Part shown: positions 55,509 through 64,000 of the stretch, piece after piece | Numbering within the stretch: the stretch's first letter is position 1 | Layout of the letters: each line of letters starts with the position of its first letter | Virus record (IMG/VR): IMGVR_UViG_3300042691_038651 | Coordinates: 1 to 64,000 of that record | Strand: one strand, 5' to 3' | DNA length: 64,000 nt | From: a virus | Translations under genes and position numbers: made by a program | The notes under the pieces: generated by a model | What the model was told of the DNA's origin: nothing | The model's input: only the letters and a program-made list of their open reading frames with translations | Databases searched by the model: none

Positions 55509-57038
55509 GTGCCTTCAAACTATCTACATAAGTTCAACACTGACAATGTTCACGCAAGAGCAGTGATTGTAGGGCTGGTGAACTTGCTCAATAGCAAGAT
55601 CCAGTTCGAAAACATCTACTCTGATACTGACACTCAGATTGTAGAGGTTCCGTTCTACTACAATTTTGGTGGAGATGAGCGTTTCTTACAGGACTATTTC
55701 CTGCAATGGAATGAGTGTCTTACTCCCAAAATGGTGGATGGAAACGTCGATCCCATACCTCGAGGTATTGTAACACTAGAATCCAGCGCTATCAATACCA
55801 ATATGATGACTAATCGCTTTATACGCGGAAACTATGTCAAGCAGGTTGGGAATGATGTGCTAACATACAATGCCTTTCTCAACCCTATACCTCTGACCAT
55901 GAACTTTACAGTGAAGATTGTTACAGATACTTCACTTGATGCGTTCAAAGTACAGCAGGCTGTGTTAGAGACATTCTACAAAACCCAAGTGTTTTCTGTA
56001 GAGTTCAAAGGATTCCGTGTTCCTTGTCAGGTTGGATTCCCAGAAGACCAGGGAATTGAGAAGACATTTGAGTTTACATACCAGACCGAGACTGAGATCT
56101 CATTCAATTGTCCGCTACAACTCGAGACATACTTCCCGGTTACCGACCCTACAACAGAAAGATTTGGTGGAAACCGCATGAACTATCCAGGAGGACCTAA
56201 CATTGAATGGAGTTCTGATGAGACTTACGCAAAACCAAGATTTAACATCTCAGCGCCCTCTCATCAAGAAACATACTTTTCATCAGGTACGATGCCAATC
56301 GAGTGGACAAATACAGGACCAATTACCAGAGTAAACATTTACTGGAGATTGGTAGGAAATGTTGATTGGACTCCAATTGTAAAGAACTATCAAAACTCCG
56401 GTTCTTATGTCTGGGAAGTGCCTTTCCTCAATGCTTCCGGTACTATTGTACCTAAAGAGACTACAAAAGCCTTTGTACAAACTGCCACTGGAGAATCGGC
56501 TAGGCTACGCGCTATCATAGATGCATTAGGAAGCGTAGACAATATCATTGTACTCGACGGCGGATATGCATATGAAGGCACAGACACCATCATTGTTAAT
56601 GATGAGACGCTCACAGTCACAGCACCTACCATTTCACCTAACGTGGTAGCAGGTACTATCACAGGTTCTACAATATATGCGGTAGGATCTGGGTTTACGC
56701 CATCGCCAGTAAACCTAATTGAGATTAAAGTGGAGAATGCTAACAATGAAAGGGTTTACGAAATAATGAAAAGAGAGATAACATATCAGGCCCAGGTATC
56801 ATCTGGATCAAATCTTCTAACCAACATCGTACCAGACATTTCAGTTTCACAAAACTTAACAGATTTGGCTCTCTATGTAGGGATGCCTGTCGCCGGTGCC
56901 GGCATTCCAGCTGGCGCATACATTACGCAAATACTTTCTGGAACGAACCAGATACAAATATCAACCAACGCTAACGTTTCATCTGCTTTGACCCTAATCA
57001 ATGGCGGAAAACTTGATGGATCTATTACAATCAAGTAA
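55509..57038 (+). CDS. gp15-like tail terminator with long C-terminal extension
   Basis: VPFYY, IPR and PIPLTMNFTVKI...AFKVQQAVL..F in the N-terminal ~230 aa; beta-rich extension; late motif upstream. Confidence 0.6.
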   Translation: MPSNYLHKFNTDNVHARAVIVGLVNLLNSKIQFENIYSDTDTQIVEVPFYYNFGGDERFLQDYFLQWNECLTPKMVDGNVDPIPRGIVTLESSAINTNMMTNRFIRGNYVKQVGNDVLTYNAFLNPIPLTMNFTVKIVTDTSLDAFKVQQAVLETFYKTQVFSVEFKGFRVPCQVGFPEDQGIEKTFEFTYQTETEISFNCPLQLETYFPVTDPTTERFGGNRMNYPGGPNIEWSSDETYAKPRFNISAPSHQETYFSSGTMPIEWTNTGPITRVNIYWRLVGNVDWTPIVKNYQNSGSYVWEVPFLNASGTIVPKETTKAFVQTATGESARLRAIIDALGSVDNIIVLDGGYAYEGTDTIIVNDETLTVTAPTISPNVVAGTITGSTIYAVGSGFTPSPVNLIEIKVENANNERVYEIMKREITYQAQVSSGSNLLTNIVPDISVSQNLTDLALYVGMPVAGAGIPAGAYITQILSGTNQIQISTNANVSSALTLINGGKLDGSITIK

Positions 57039-57099
57039 CTTTCACAGAATCATGGAGAAGAAGAGATATATAGTTAGGAAGAAAATAAACTAAAGTAAC

Positions 57100-58644
57100 A
57101 TGTCTAAACTAAGAAATAGAATTGAAGCTCTACAAGCAAGCGCCACTTCAGCAGCGGTTCTTGAAGCCTGTAACGAAGCAATTCTTCGTATTGAGCCAAA
57201 CAAATCTACGGAAGGCGAGATTTTGGAAAGCCTTTTGGAAAATCTTTCAAAAGTAGATGACGAGGTAGCAAAGCAGTTTGTCTCCATGAATGTGGTAGAA
57301 AAACGAGTTCAGGCTCTCAATGATCTAGGAGTAAAGAAATCTTTCTCTACAATTGCTGAGTCGGAAATTGCAAAGCACCCTGCGTTTTCATACATGTTTG
57401 AAAAACTACAGGCAAGCGCCAATTCACCTGAATGGATGGTAATTGAAAGCGTAATTGCAGCACTCTCTCCTTTTAACTGGGATTCAACTGTTAATGAGTG
57501 TTTGAAAAATCTTACTGCAAATGCAGATAAGTACAGAGAGGAAATCTCTATCTACAAAATTGTTGAAAACCTAAAGAATTCTACTTCTAACTACTTATTG
57601 CCAGGAGTTTCTACATTGTTAGAAAACTACCTTGATACACGCAGCGCAGCTGACCGTGTTAAATTGATGGAGAAGACTTCACAGTATATTTTCGATCCGC
57701 ATATGAAAAATCTTTACAACTTCCTTGGAGAAGCTGAAAGAACTTTCCACATTGCAACAATCGACAACAGCTGTTCTATTAACCGTGTTTACTCTCCTGT
57801 ATTTTTAGGAGAAGGCTTCGAACTATTCGCAGCCGGTGGTAAAATCTATAGAAAAGAAGGTGAGGTTATCACCGTAGCAAATGAAGAAGAAATCAATTCT
57901 CTTCCTGCTAATTTCTTGGCTGTATCATCTGTTCTTGGAAAAGAAAACGTGGTAGTTGCTGAAGGGTCTGTAAAAATCTACTCTGGAGACAAGAAAGTAG
58001 AAATCAGCGAATCAGAAGTAAAGATCAACGGAAAAGTCGTTGATACTGCTGATATTCACAAGGTGTACTTGAACGCAGGCGTTTTCAAAATGACTGAGCG
58101 CGAGAACATCAACCACATCTATACAATCAAAGAAAACTGGGACAGCCTTTGCGAAATGGACTTTGCAAAAGTAATCACATCAAAAGCTGAGCCGCATAAA
58201 ACCATGACCGTATTCTTCATCGGCGAAAACATTTTCTTAAACAAGACAAATCGCTTAATGAATGAAAACGTATTCTACGCTGATTGCAACGCAACTCAGA
58301 CCAAGAACCTGGTTATGGAATACATGAAATTCGACATCTCTTCTACATTCTCTTCGCTTCTTACCGAAGAGACAAAAGTAATCAAAGAATCTAACGCTTT
58401 GAAAGCAGAAATGATGACTGCAATCTCTCACCTAAACGAACAAAAAGCTAAATTGGAAACTCTTCCTAAAGAGATTTCTGAGAATGCTGAAGTTAAAGAT
58501 TTGATTGCTGCTATTGATGAAGAGATTAACTTCCTCAAATCTGAGTATTCAAAAGTCGACAGCGCCGAGCGTTCAACTACCAAGGTAGATGAAGGTATGG
58601 GATTCAACGTTGGAGATGAAGCGGAACTTGGAAAAAAAAAGTGA
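57100..58644 (+). CDS. large late protein, putative head/core component
   Basis: Late motif at 57065; helical with many [LIV]xE sites; ends at an A9 slippery run. Confidence 0.55.
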   Translation: MSKLRNRIEALQASATSAAVLEACNEAILRIEPNKSTEGEILESLLENLSKVDDEVAKQFVSMNVVEKRVQALNDLGVKKSFSTIAESEIAKHPAFSYMFEKLQASANSPEWMVIESVIAALSPFNWDSTVNECLKNLTANADKYREEISIYKIVENLKNSTSNYLLPGVSTLLENYLDTRSAADRVKLMEKTSQYIFDPHMKNLYNFLGEAERTFHIATIDNSCSINRVYSPVFLGEGFELFAAGGKIYRKEGEVITVANEEEINSLPANFLAVSSVLGKENVVVAEGSVKIYSGDKKVEISESEVKINGKVVDTADIHKVYLNAGVFKMTERENINHIYTIKENWDSLCEMDFAKVITSKAEPHKTMTVFFIGENIFLNKTNRLMNENVFYADCNATQTKNLVMEYMKFDISSTFSSLLTEETKVIKESNALKAEMMTAISHLNEQKAKLETLPKEISENAEVKDLIAAIDEEINFLKSEYSKVDSAERSTTKVDEGMGFNVGDEAELGKKK

Positions 58645-58668
58645 GCGTAACTGCGGTTGATTCCGCAG
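58635..58668 (+). other. candidate -1 programmed ribosomal frameshift signal
   Basis: In-frame heptamer A AAA AAG (58635-58641), 9-nt spacer, hairpin CTGCGG-ttgatt-CCGCAG (58651-58668). Confidence 0.65.
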
Positions 58669-59270
58669 GCAAGACAATCACTGTCGTAGACGAGGAAGGT
58701 AACACTTCTAAAGTTTCTCCTACTGAACTTAAGGCAACGGACAAAAAACACCGTGCCAAACCTGGTAACCCTGTTGAGATCAACTCACAGGGTGACGGTG
58801 CTACTGTGGCCATTAAGGAAGAAAAGGAGGAAGGCTACGTCAATGCCCAAATAGAGGTTGAAGTGCAAGGCGTTCCTGCCGGTACTACAGTACAAATCAA
58901 AGCTCTTGACTTTACATCCAAGGCCGACAACGACAATATCGACATCATTCTTCCAAACAAGAAACTTGCTCAAGTAAAGAAGAAAGATGTGAAACTTTTT
59001 GAAGCTGGTGTATACAATTCTGAAACGGATATTAAAAACAATCCAAAAACAAAAGAAAACCAACCAGATGAAGTAACCGGTAAAATTGACACAGTGTTGG
59101 ACGGCGTGGAAAATCTGCTAGCAGAACTTACCGAACTTAAAAACGTTGTAGACAACAACACCAAATTTTCATCAGAGACACTAGAAAAATGCATAGCAGA
59201 ACTAAACACTTACAAGAAGAGTCTATCGGAGGAGAAAACTCTGTCGAACTCGGCGACGGTGGAAGCGTAA
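58641..59270 (+). CDS. -1 frame continuation of 57100..58644, or a separate GTG-start gene
   Basis: GTG overlaps AAG-TGA; the junction reads as one continuous KOW/SH3-like motif. Confidence 0.6.
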   Translation: MSVTAVDSAGKTITVVDEEGNTSKVSPTELKATDKKHRAKPGNPVEINSQGDGATVAIKEEKEEGYVNAQIEVEVQGVPAGTTVQIKALDFTSKADNDNIDIILPNKKLAQVKKKDVKLFEAGVYNSETDIKNNPKTKENQPDEVTGKIDTVLDGVENLLAELTELKNVVDNNTKFSSETLEKCIAELNTYKKSLSEEKTLSNSATVEA

Positions 59271-59632
59271 AGAAAAAGAAGACTCCGGTCAACTACTACG
59301 TAGATCCCAAAGAACTTAGAGAAGAGCTGGTCAAATCCAAAGAATTAAACGAGCTAACTCCACGTGCCATAAAGATATTCCAAACTATGGCAAACGAGGC
59401 TTCTAAAAAATTGCGTTATCGCGATGAGGAAGATCGAAAAGATTGCATAGCTTTTGCAATGATGGATGTTGTCCGTTATTGGCGTAGCTACAATCCTGAA
59501 AAATCCAACAACCCTTTTGCCTATTTTACCCAGATGATTAAGAATGGGTTTGCTAAAGGATGGAGAAAATTGCATCCACTATCTGCAGGCGAAAAGGTCT
59601 CATTGAGTCACGATAACGTCTACACGATCTGA
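59189..59632 (+). CDS. late-transcription sigma factor (gp55-like)
   Basis: YYVDPKEL, YNPEKSNNPFAYFTQMIKNGF. Confidence 0.88.
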   Translation: MHSRTKHLQEESIGGENSVELGDGGSVKKKKTPVNYYVDPKELREELVKSKELNELTPRAIKIFQTMANEASKKLRYRDEEDRKDCIAFAMMDVVRYWRSYNPEKSNNPFAYFTQMIKNGFAKGWRKLHPLSAGEKVSLSHDNVYTI

Positions 59633-60129
59633 TGCAAAAGACCAACAAAACAAATCCACCTCACAAGAGGAGCAGATTTAGGCAAGGCTACTATGTGCCA
59701 TCCAATCCGGAGAAGTACATTGGTGATCCTTCCAAAATCATCTATCGCTCTTCTTGGGAGTTTAGGTTTTGCAAGTATTGCGATACCACTCCGGAAATTC
59801 TTTGTTGGTCCTCTGAGCCAGTTGGTATTCCCTATCTAAGTCCTATTGACCAGAAGCAGCACACATATTTTGTAGACTTCTATATGAAGCTTCAAAAACC
59901 TGATGAGGTACTAGAATACCTGGTAGAAATCAAACCTTCAAAAGCTCTCAAAGCACCGGTAATGAAGGAAGGCCTTACCACTGTTAAGCGTTTGAAAGAA
60001 TACAATCAACAGGCAACAGATTGGTTAGTCAACCGTGCCAAGTTTCAGGCAGCACAAGAATTTGCTCGTATCAATCACAAGCACTTTATCATTGTAACCG
60101 AGGAGTTCTTATTCAAAAGAGTTAGATAG
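59632..60129 (+). CDS. head completion nuclease (gp4-like, TnsA fold)
   Basis: NPEKY.GD...YRSSWE, WSSE, IPY.SP.D, YFVDF, VEIKP, N.AK. Confidence 0.9.
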   Translation: MQKTNKTNPPHKRSRFRQGYYVPSNPEKYIGDPSKIIYRSSWEFRFCKYCDTTPEILCWSSEPVGIPYLSPIDQKQHTYFVDFYMKLQKPDEVLEYLVEIKPSKALKAPVMKEGLTTVKRLKEYNQQATDWLVNRAKFQAAQEFARINHKHFIIVTEEFLFKRVR

Positions 60130-60131
60130 TT

Positions 60132-60863
60132 ATGGAAAGTCCAGCAAAACAATATCAAGAAAATATGAAGTCGCGTCCTCAAATAAAAAAGGAGGCGTAC
60201 CCATACTTTATGGATAAGTACATCAAAGATCCGTACAATACATCCAACGATAGTCTATTTAGCACTTCTGAAAGAATTTCTGCAAAAACTCTTAGGCAGT
60301 TTGTACCTGGAAAAATCTACACATTTAGATATGATCCAATACACAAAGACATATTGGCGTACTATGATAAGCAGCCAATCATTTTGGTGTGTGGTCAGTG
60401 GGTTGCGGAGTCTACTGGAAATCAAATTGTGACTGGGATCAACCTCAACTTCTTACCTGAGGTTGAAAGAGTAAATACTCTGGAATACTACTATCAATCT
60501 GTAAAGTCTGACCTTGATAAAGCATATAATGAAACTGAGAAGAAAAGTCAAGTGTCTTTTATTAAGCGGGCTCTGATAGTTTTACAAGACTTGGTACAAA
60601 TCTTTAATGTATTTGGAAAGGCTGGAAAGATTGGTTACCAGTATGCCATGCGAAATTACATCATTGGAGGAAATATGCAAAAAGTTTCTCTTGTAGAATA
60701 TGATGATTGGCAATACATACCTTTTATCCAAACCAAAGACATTGTGGGAGCAAGCCTTGGAGAAATACACAAAGCATATAACGATAGCAAAAACCAACTT
60801 CTAAGAAAACAGCCACCAATGATGATGTCGGCTGAGAAGAAAAGGAAGTACAACAACAGATAA
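60132..60863 (+). CDS. DNA end-protector protein (gp2-like)
   Basis: PGKIYTFRYDP, YYDKQP, GINLNFLP. Confidence 0.8.
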   Translation: MESPAKQYQENMKSRPQIKKEAYPYFMDKYIKDPYNTSNDSLFSTSERISAKTLRQFVPGKIYTFRYDPIHKDILAYYDKQPIILVCGQWVAESTGNQIVTGINLNFLPEVERVNTLEYYYQSVKSDLDKAYNETEKKSQVSFIKRALIVLQDLVQIFNVFGKAGKIGYQYAMRNYIIGGNMQKVSLVEYDDWQYIPFIQTKDIVGASLGEIHKAYNDSKNQLLRKQPPMMMSAEKKRKYNNR

Positions 60864-60886
60864 ATAATCAAACAAAAGATAAAGAC

Positions 60887-62491
60887 ATGGCAGGTTTTAT
60901 TGATAGAGTAGGAGCAAATCCCATATTCGGCCAGATATCTAAGAGTCTAAAAACTCTGTCTTCGCTTGGAATGAAGTATGAAGACATGGTAGTAAAACAA
61001 TCTCGTGCTGTCGGTGTTACCGAGGCAGAGTTTGGATTGCAAGGATATCTACCCGAGGAGTTTCTCTACTCCTTAGCACTCACCGACGTAGGTCATAAGA
61101 AGTTTATTGCTTATTTTGACAAGGACTACAAATCACGCAGGGACTACCTTCGTAAATTTGCAATGAACCCAGAAATTGAGTTCATTCTTGATACCGTTGC
61201 TGATGAGGCGGTTGTTTATGATGATAACAACTACTTTGCAGAAATTGATACAACTCTTCTTAAAGGCATCCTTGATCCTGAGAATGCAAAAGATGTAGTA
61301 GACGAGATCAATACAACATTCAAAAAAGTATACGCGCACTTCCACTTTAACGAAGGCCATGACGGCTGGGCATATTTCCGACAAATGCTTATTGACGGAT
61401 TTCTTGCCTTTGAAATCATTTATGATCCAGCTGGAAAGAATGTAATCGGTTTCAAAGAACTAGATGCTACATCACTTCGACCTGGCGTTGAAAAGAGCGG
61501 CGACGGTGTCTACAGAAAAATCTGGGTACAGTACGAAGATATACCTGCTATGAAACGCGTACTGCTCGATTCACAAATCATTTACATCTCATACGCTAAA
61601 GGAAACTTTACAGGCCGTATCTCATACGCGGAACGCTTGGTTCGTTCATTCAACCTATTGCGTATTATGGAGAACAGCCGTGTAATTTGGAACATTATGA
61701 ACTCAAGCTTCCGCTTGAAAATGGTGGTTCCAATTGGTACAAAATCTCCGCAAAAAGCCAAGGAAAGTTTAGCAGAAATGATGGCCATCTATAAAGAGGA
61801 CATTAACTTGAACTACGACTCCGGTGAACTTTCTGTAAACGGTAAGCCTGCAATGCAGTTCTACAAAAACTACCTCTTCCCTTCTAAAAACGGTGAACAA
61901 CCTGAAATCGAAACAATCGGAGGAGATGGATATGACCTAAGCGATACCGAGGCGCTAAAATACTTTGAGGATAAGCTGAAAACTGACTCAAAAATTCCAT
62001 TTAGCAGATTTGACCGCACACAGGACGGTGGATCTTTCAGTATCAATGCCGATGGAATGACCCGCGACGAAATACGCTTTAATCGCTTTATTGTTCGTCT
62101 GCGCTCAATCTTCCAGGAAATACTTATTAAGCCTGTTTACATTCAGGTAGGACTTAATCACCCTGACCTTGCCGAGGATGAATTGTTCAAATCCGCTCTT
62201 GCACTCAAGTACAGATCTGACAATTTGTTCGAAGAGATCAAGGAAATGGATGTAATGGAAAAGCGTTCAAACTTCATTACCACAATGATGGGTATTATGG
62301 AAAAGCAACCGGATTCTTCAGGTATGCTACAGGACGTACCTTACTTCGATCCAAAGTTCTTGATAGAAAAGTATCTTGGTTTGACCAACACAGATATTGC
62401 ACGCAACGAGGCATACAAGGAGGAACAGAAGATCAAAAACGACGCCGCAATGAAAGCCGCACAGGCATCAGGTGGAGGCATGGGCTTCTAA
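60887..62491 (+). CDS. portal protein (gp20-like)
   Basis: NPEIEFILDTVADEAVVYD, FRQMLIDG, N.LRIMENS.VI, DLSDT..LKYF..KL...SKIPFSR, TRDEIRF..FI.RLR..F. Confidence 0.9.
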   Translation: MAGFIDRVGANPIFGQISKSLKTLSSLGMKYEDMVVKQSRAVGVTEAEFGLQGYLPEEFLYSLALTDVGHKKFIAYFDKDYKSRRDYLRKFAMNPEIEFILDTVADEAVVYDDNNYFAEIDTTLLKGILDPENAKDVVDEINTTFKKVYAHFHFNEGHDGWAYFRQMLIDGFLAFEIIYDPAGKNVIGFKELDATSLRPGVEKSGDGVYRKIWVQYEDIPAMKRVLLDSQIIYISYAKGNFTGRISYAERLVRSFNLLRIMENSRVIWNIMNSSFRLKMVVPIGTKSPQKAKESLAEMMAIYKEDINLNYDSGELSVNGKPAMQFYKNYLFPSKNGEQPEIETIGGDGYDLSDTEALKYFEDKLKTDSKIPFSRFDRTQDGGSFSINADGMTRDEIRFNRFIVRLRSIFQEILIKPVYIQVGLNHPDLAEDELFKSALALKYRSDNLFEEIKEMDVMEKRSNFITTMMGIMEKQPDSSGMLQDVPYFDPKFLIEKYLGLTNTDIARNEAYKEEQKIKNDAAMKAAQASGGGMGF

Positions 62492-62501
62492 AACTCTCCG
62501 A

Positions 62502-62945
62502 ATGGATCACACAGCTAAAGACGAAAATTTACAACCACTCTTTCCAGGACTGCTCCCCTATGGCCACACCATAGGGGCTCCTGCTTTTAGACCTAATGAA
62601 ATGGGTGTGATACTCGGCAAATCTGTCGAGGCAATGAATGAGCAGGTGGAAATGCAAAAGGCACAGATACTTCAACAGGTAGAGTTGTTGAAAAAGCAAT
62701 ACATGGAATTGGAAGAACGTCGAGCAATATCCTTACTTATCTACCAGGCAGATTTTAAGTTTAAGCCTGTTACTGGTCATACATACCACCTCTATCTAAG
62801 AGATGACCATACTCTTTTCCTATCACTTATAGAACCAGGATCCTGGAACCAAACACACGTTGCAACCGTAAAACACCTAGCAGATATGACCTGGTCAGTG
62901 ATAGAAAAATCCTCGGCTTTTGAGGATATATATGCTAGAAAATAA
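62502..62945 (+). CDS. DUF2452-like protein (from recall)
   Basis: LLPYG..IGAPAF, IYQADFKFKPVTGHTYHLY. Confidence 0.6.
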   Translation: MDHTAKDENLQPLFPGLLPYGHTIGAPAFRPNEMGVILGKSVEAMNEQVEMQKAQILQQVELLKKQYMELEERRAISLLIYQADFKFKPVTGHTYHLYLRDDHTLFLSLIEPGSWNQTHVATVKHLADMTWSVIEKSSAFEDIYARK

Positions 62946-62956
62946 GTTCATGAGGA

Positions 62957-64000
62957 ATGCCACTAATTACGAGAGAATACGGTCCTAACGCCAAAGGTAA
63001 AAAGCTCACCATTAAAGAGATGGATGACAACCTTCTCTACTTGGAATCGATTGCTACATCAGGAACTGCTGGAACCGGCGGAACTGCAGGTACATCAGGA
63101 ACTTCAGGAAGCAGCGGAACATCTGGAGCTACAGGAGCTAGCGGCTCAAGTGGAACTTCAGGAAGCAGCGGAACATCTGGAGCTACAGGAGCTAGCGGCT
63201 CAAGTGGAACTTCAGGAAGCAGCGGAACCTCAGGTTCTTCAGGTACAAGTGGCATTTCTATCGGAGGAGCTCTCGGCTACTATGGAGTTTTCTATGGAGC
63301 ATCAACGCAACCTATTGTTACGGCGTCTACGCCACAAAAAGTCTCCTTCACAAACACTGACCAGGCAACGGGCATCTCAATCAACGGTAGTAATCAGATT
63401 GTAATAGCAAATCCTGGCACATATCATATGTCAGTCACGGTCTTGGTAGCAAATGGTAACAATTCCTTAGAGGATGTTGAATTATGGCTAGCGTTTAATG
63501 GAAGCCCGTATCCTAATTCTAGGCATCACTTAACGGTCCCTTCACAGAAAACTCCAAGTCTTCCTTCTGAGACCGTTGTAAACTTTGAATTTATTGGAAC
63601 ATCTGTAAATCCCGGAGACTATGTAGAAATCTATTGGCAGGCTTCTAATACAAACATTTCACTTATTGCAGAACCCGCAGCGGGTGGTTTGCCTGCATCT
63701 AACGCGGTCAGCGTGGACATTGCACAAGTAATGAATACTCAATCCGGTACCAACGGAACTTCCGGAAGCAGCGGAACCAGTGGCGGCCAATCTACTATCA
63801 AGGCAGGTGGTTGGTCATGGACTACAAACTATGCAAATCTTACAAATGGCGTTGAAAACTACTTACCTTTTGATACAGAGATTTTCAATAATGATAGCGC
63901 TGTTTATGAGCTTATTAACTCTGGTTCTGGTGGTAGCACCGGTGCACGAATACACATTAAGCAATCTGGATATTATGAAATAACCTCTCAAATGCACTTT
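62957..64000 (+). CDS. fibre protein with Gly-X-Y (GTS/GSS) repeats and C1q/BclA-like domains, 3' truncated (absent from ORF track)
   Basis: MPLITREYGPNAKGKKLTIKEMDDNLLYLE..., (GTS/GSS/GAT)n, NPGTYHM, PGDYVEIYW, SGYYEI; open to the window end. Confidence 0.8.
   Translation, partial: MPLITREYGPNAKGKKLTIKEMDDNLLYLESIATSGTAGTGGTAGTSGTSGSSGTSGATGASGSSGTSGSSGTSGATGASGSSGTSGSSGTSGSSGTSGISIGGALGYYGVFYGASTQPIVTASTPQKVSFTNTDQATGISINGSNQIVIANPGTYHMSVTVLVANGNNSLEDVELWLAFNGSPYPNSRHHLTVPSQKTPSLPSETVVNFEFIGTSVNPGDYVEIYWQASNTNISLIAEPAAGGLPASNAVSVDIAQVMNTQSGTNGTSGSSGTSGGQSTIKAGGWSWTTNYANLTNGVENYLPFDTEIFNNDSAVYELINSGSGGSTGARIHIKQSGYYEITSQMHF
63098..63228 (+). repeat. 54-bp tandem repeat (about 2.4 copies) in the collagen-like segment
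   Basis: ggaacttcaggaagcagcggaacatctggagctacaggagctagcggctcaagt twice, plus a partial copy. Confidence 0.9.

Noticed and set aside
159-63255. Many minus-strand and nested ORFs in the track
   Set aside because: They are antisense or alternate-frame shadows of well-supported + strand genes; only Hsp20 (32673..33032) is credible on the minus strand.
63024-63404. Repetitive ORF ELQEAAEHLELQELAAQV
   Set aside because: It is an off-frame reading of the 54-bp repeat in the fibre gene that starts at 62957.
1-64000. Stop-codon reassignment, as in some large phages
   Set aside because: Core genes are full length in the standard code, and TAA, TGA and TAG all end genes at sensible positions.

Overview
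This is a 64-kb segment of a large T4-superfamily (jumbo-type) myophage genome. Nearly all genes are on the + strand and read in the standard code. The host is probably a Bacteroidota: starts are A-rich without Shine-Dalgarno sites, and there is a Bacteroidota-style lipoprotein and a signal peptide cleaved before Gln. The window holds T4-like replication and recombination genes: gp32, primase, UvsY, UvsW, RuvC, dUTPase, NrdAB, NAD ligase, two topoisomerase II subunits, clamp, a B-family polymerase split into two genes 13 kb apart, UvsX, gp41 and gp46/47. It also holds late and structural genes: gp55 sigma, gp4, gp2, portal, gp15-like, gp3-like and fibres. The most striking feature is about 35 otherwise unrelated ORFs, at 11.8-32.6 kb and 42.8-45 kb, that all begin with the leader MKH(I/V)xT(F/Y)ExF(L/I)NE. 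This resembles the T4 internal-protein capsid-targeting sequence (CTS) ending at a prohead-protease Glu site. It suggests a large, cassette-shuffled set of packaged and injected cargo, including enzymes and protease-cleavable polyproteins. Also seen are a candidate -1 programmed frameshift at 58.64 kb, two phage-specific promoter motifs that separate replication genes from late genes, and an ATP-grasp/GATase/carboxyethyl-ornithine-synthase cluster. All family names come from manual motif recognition; no database search was run.
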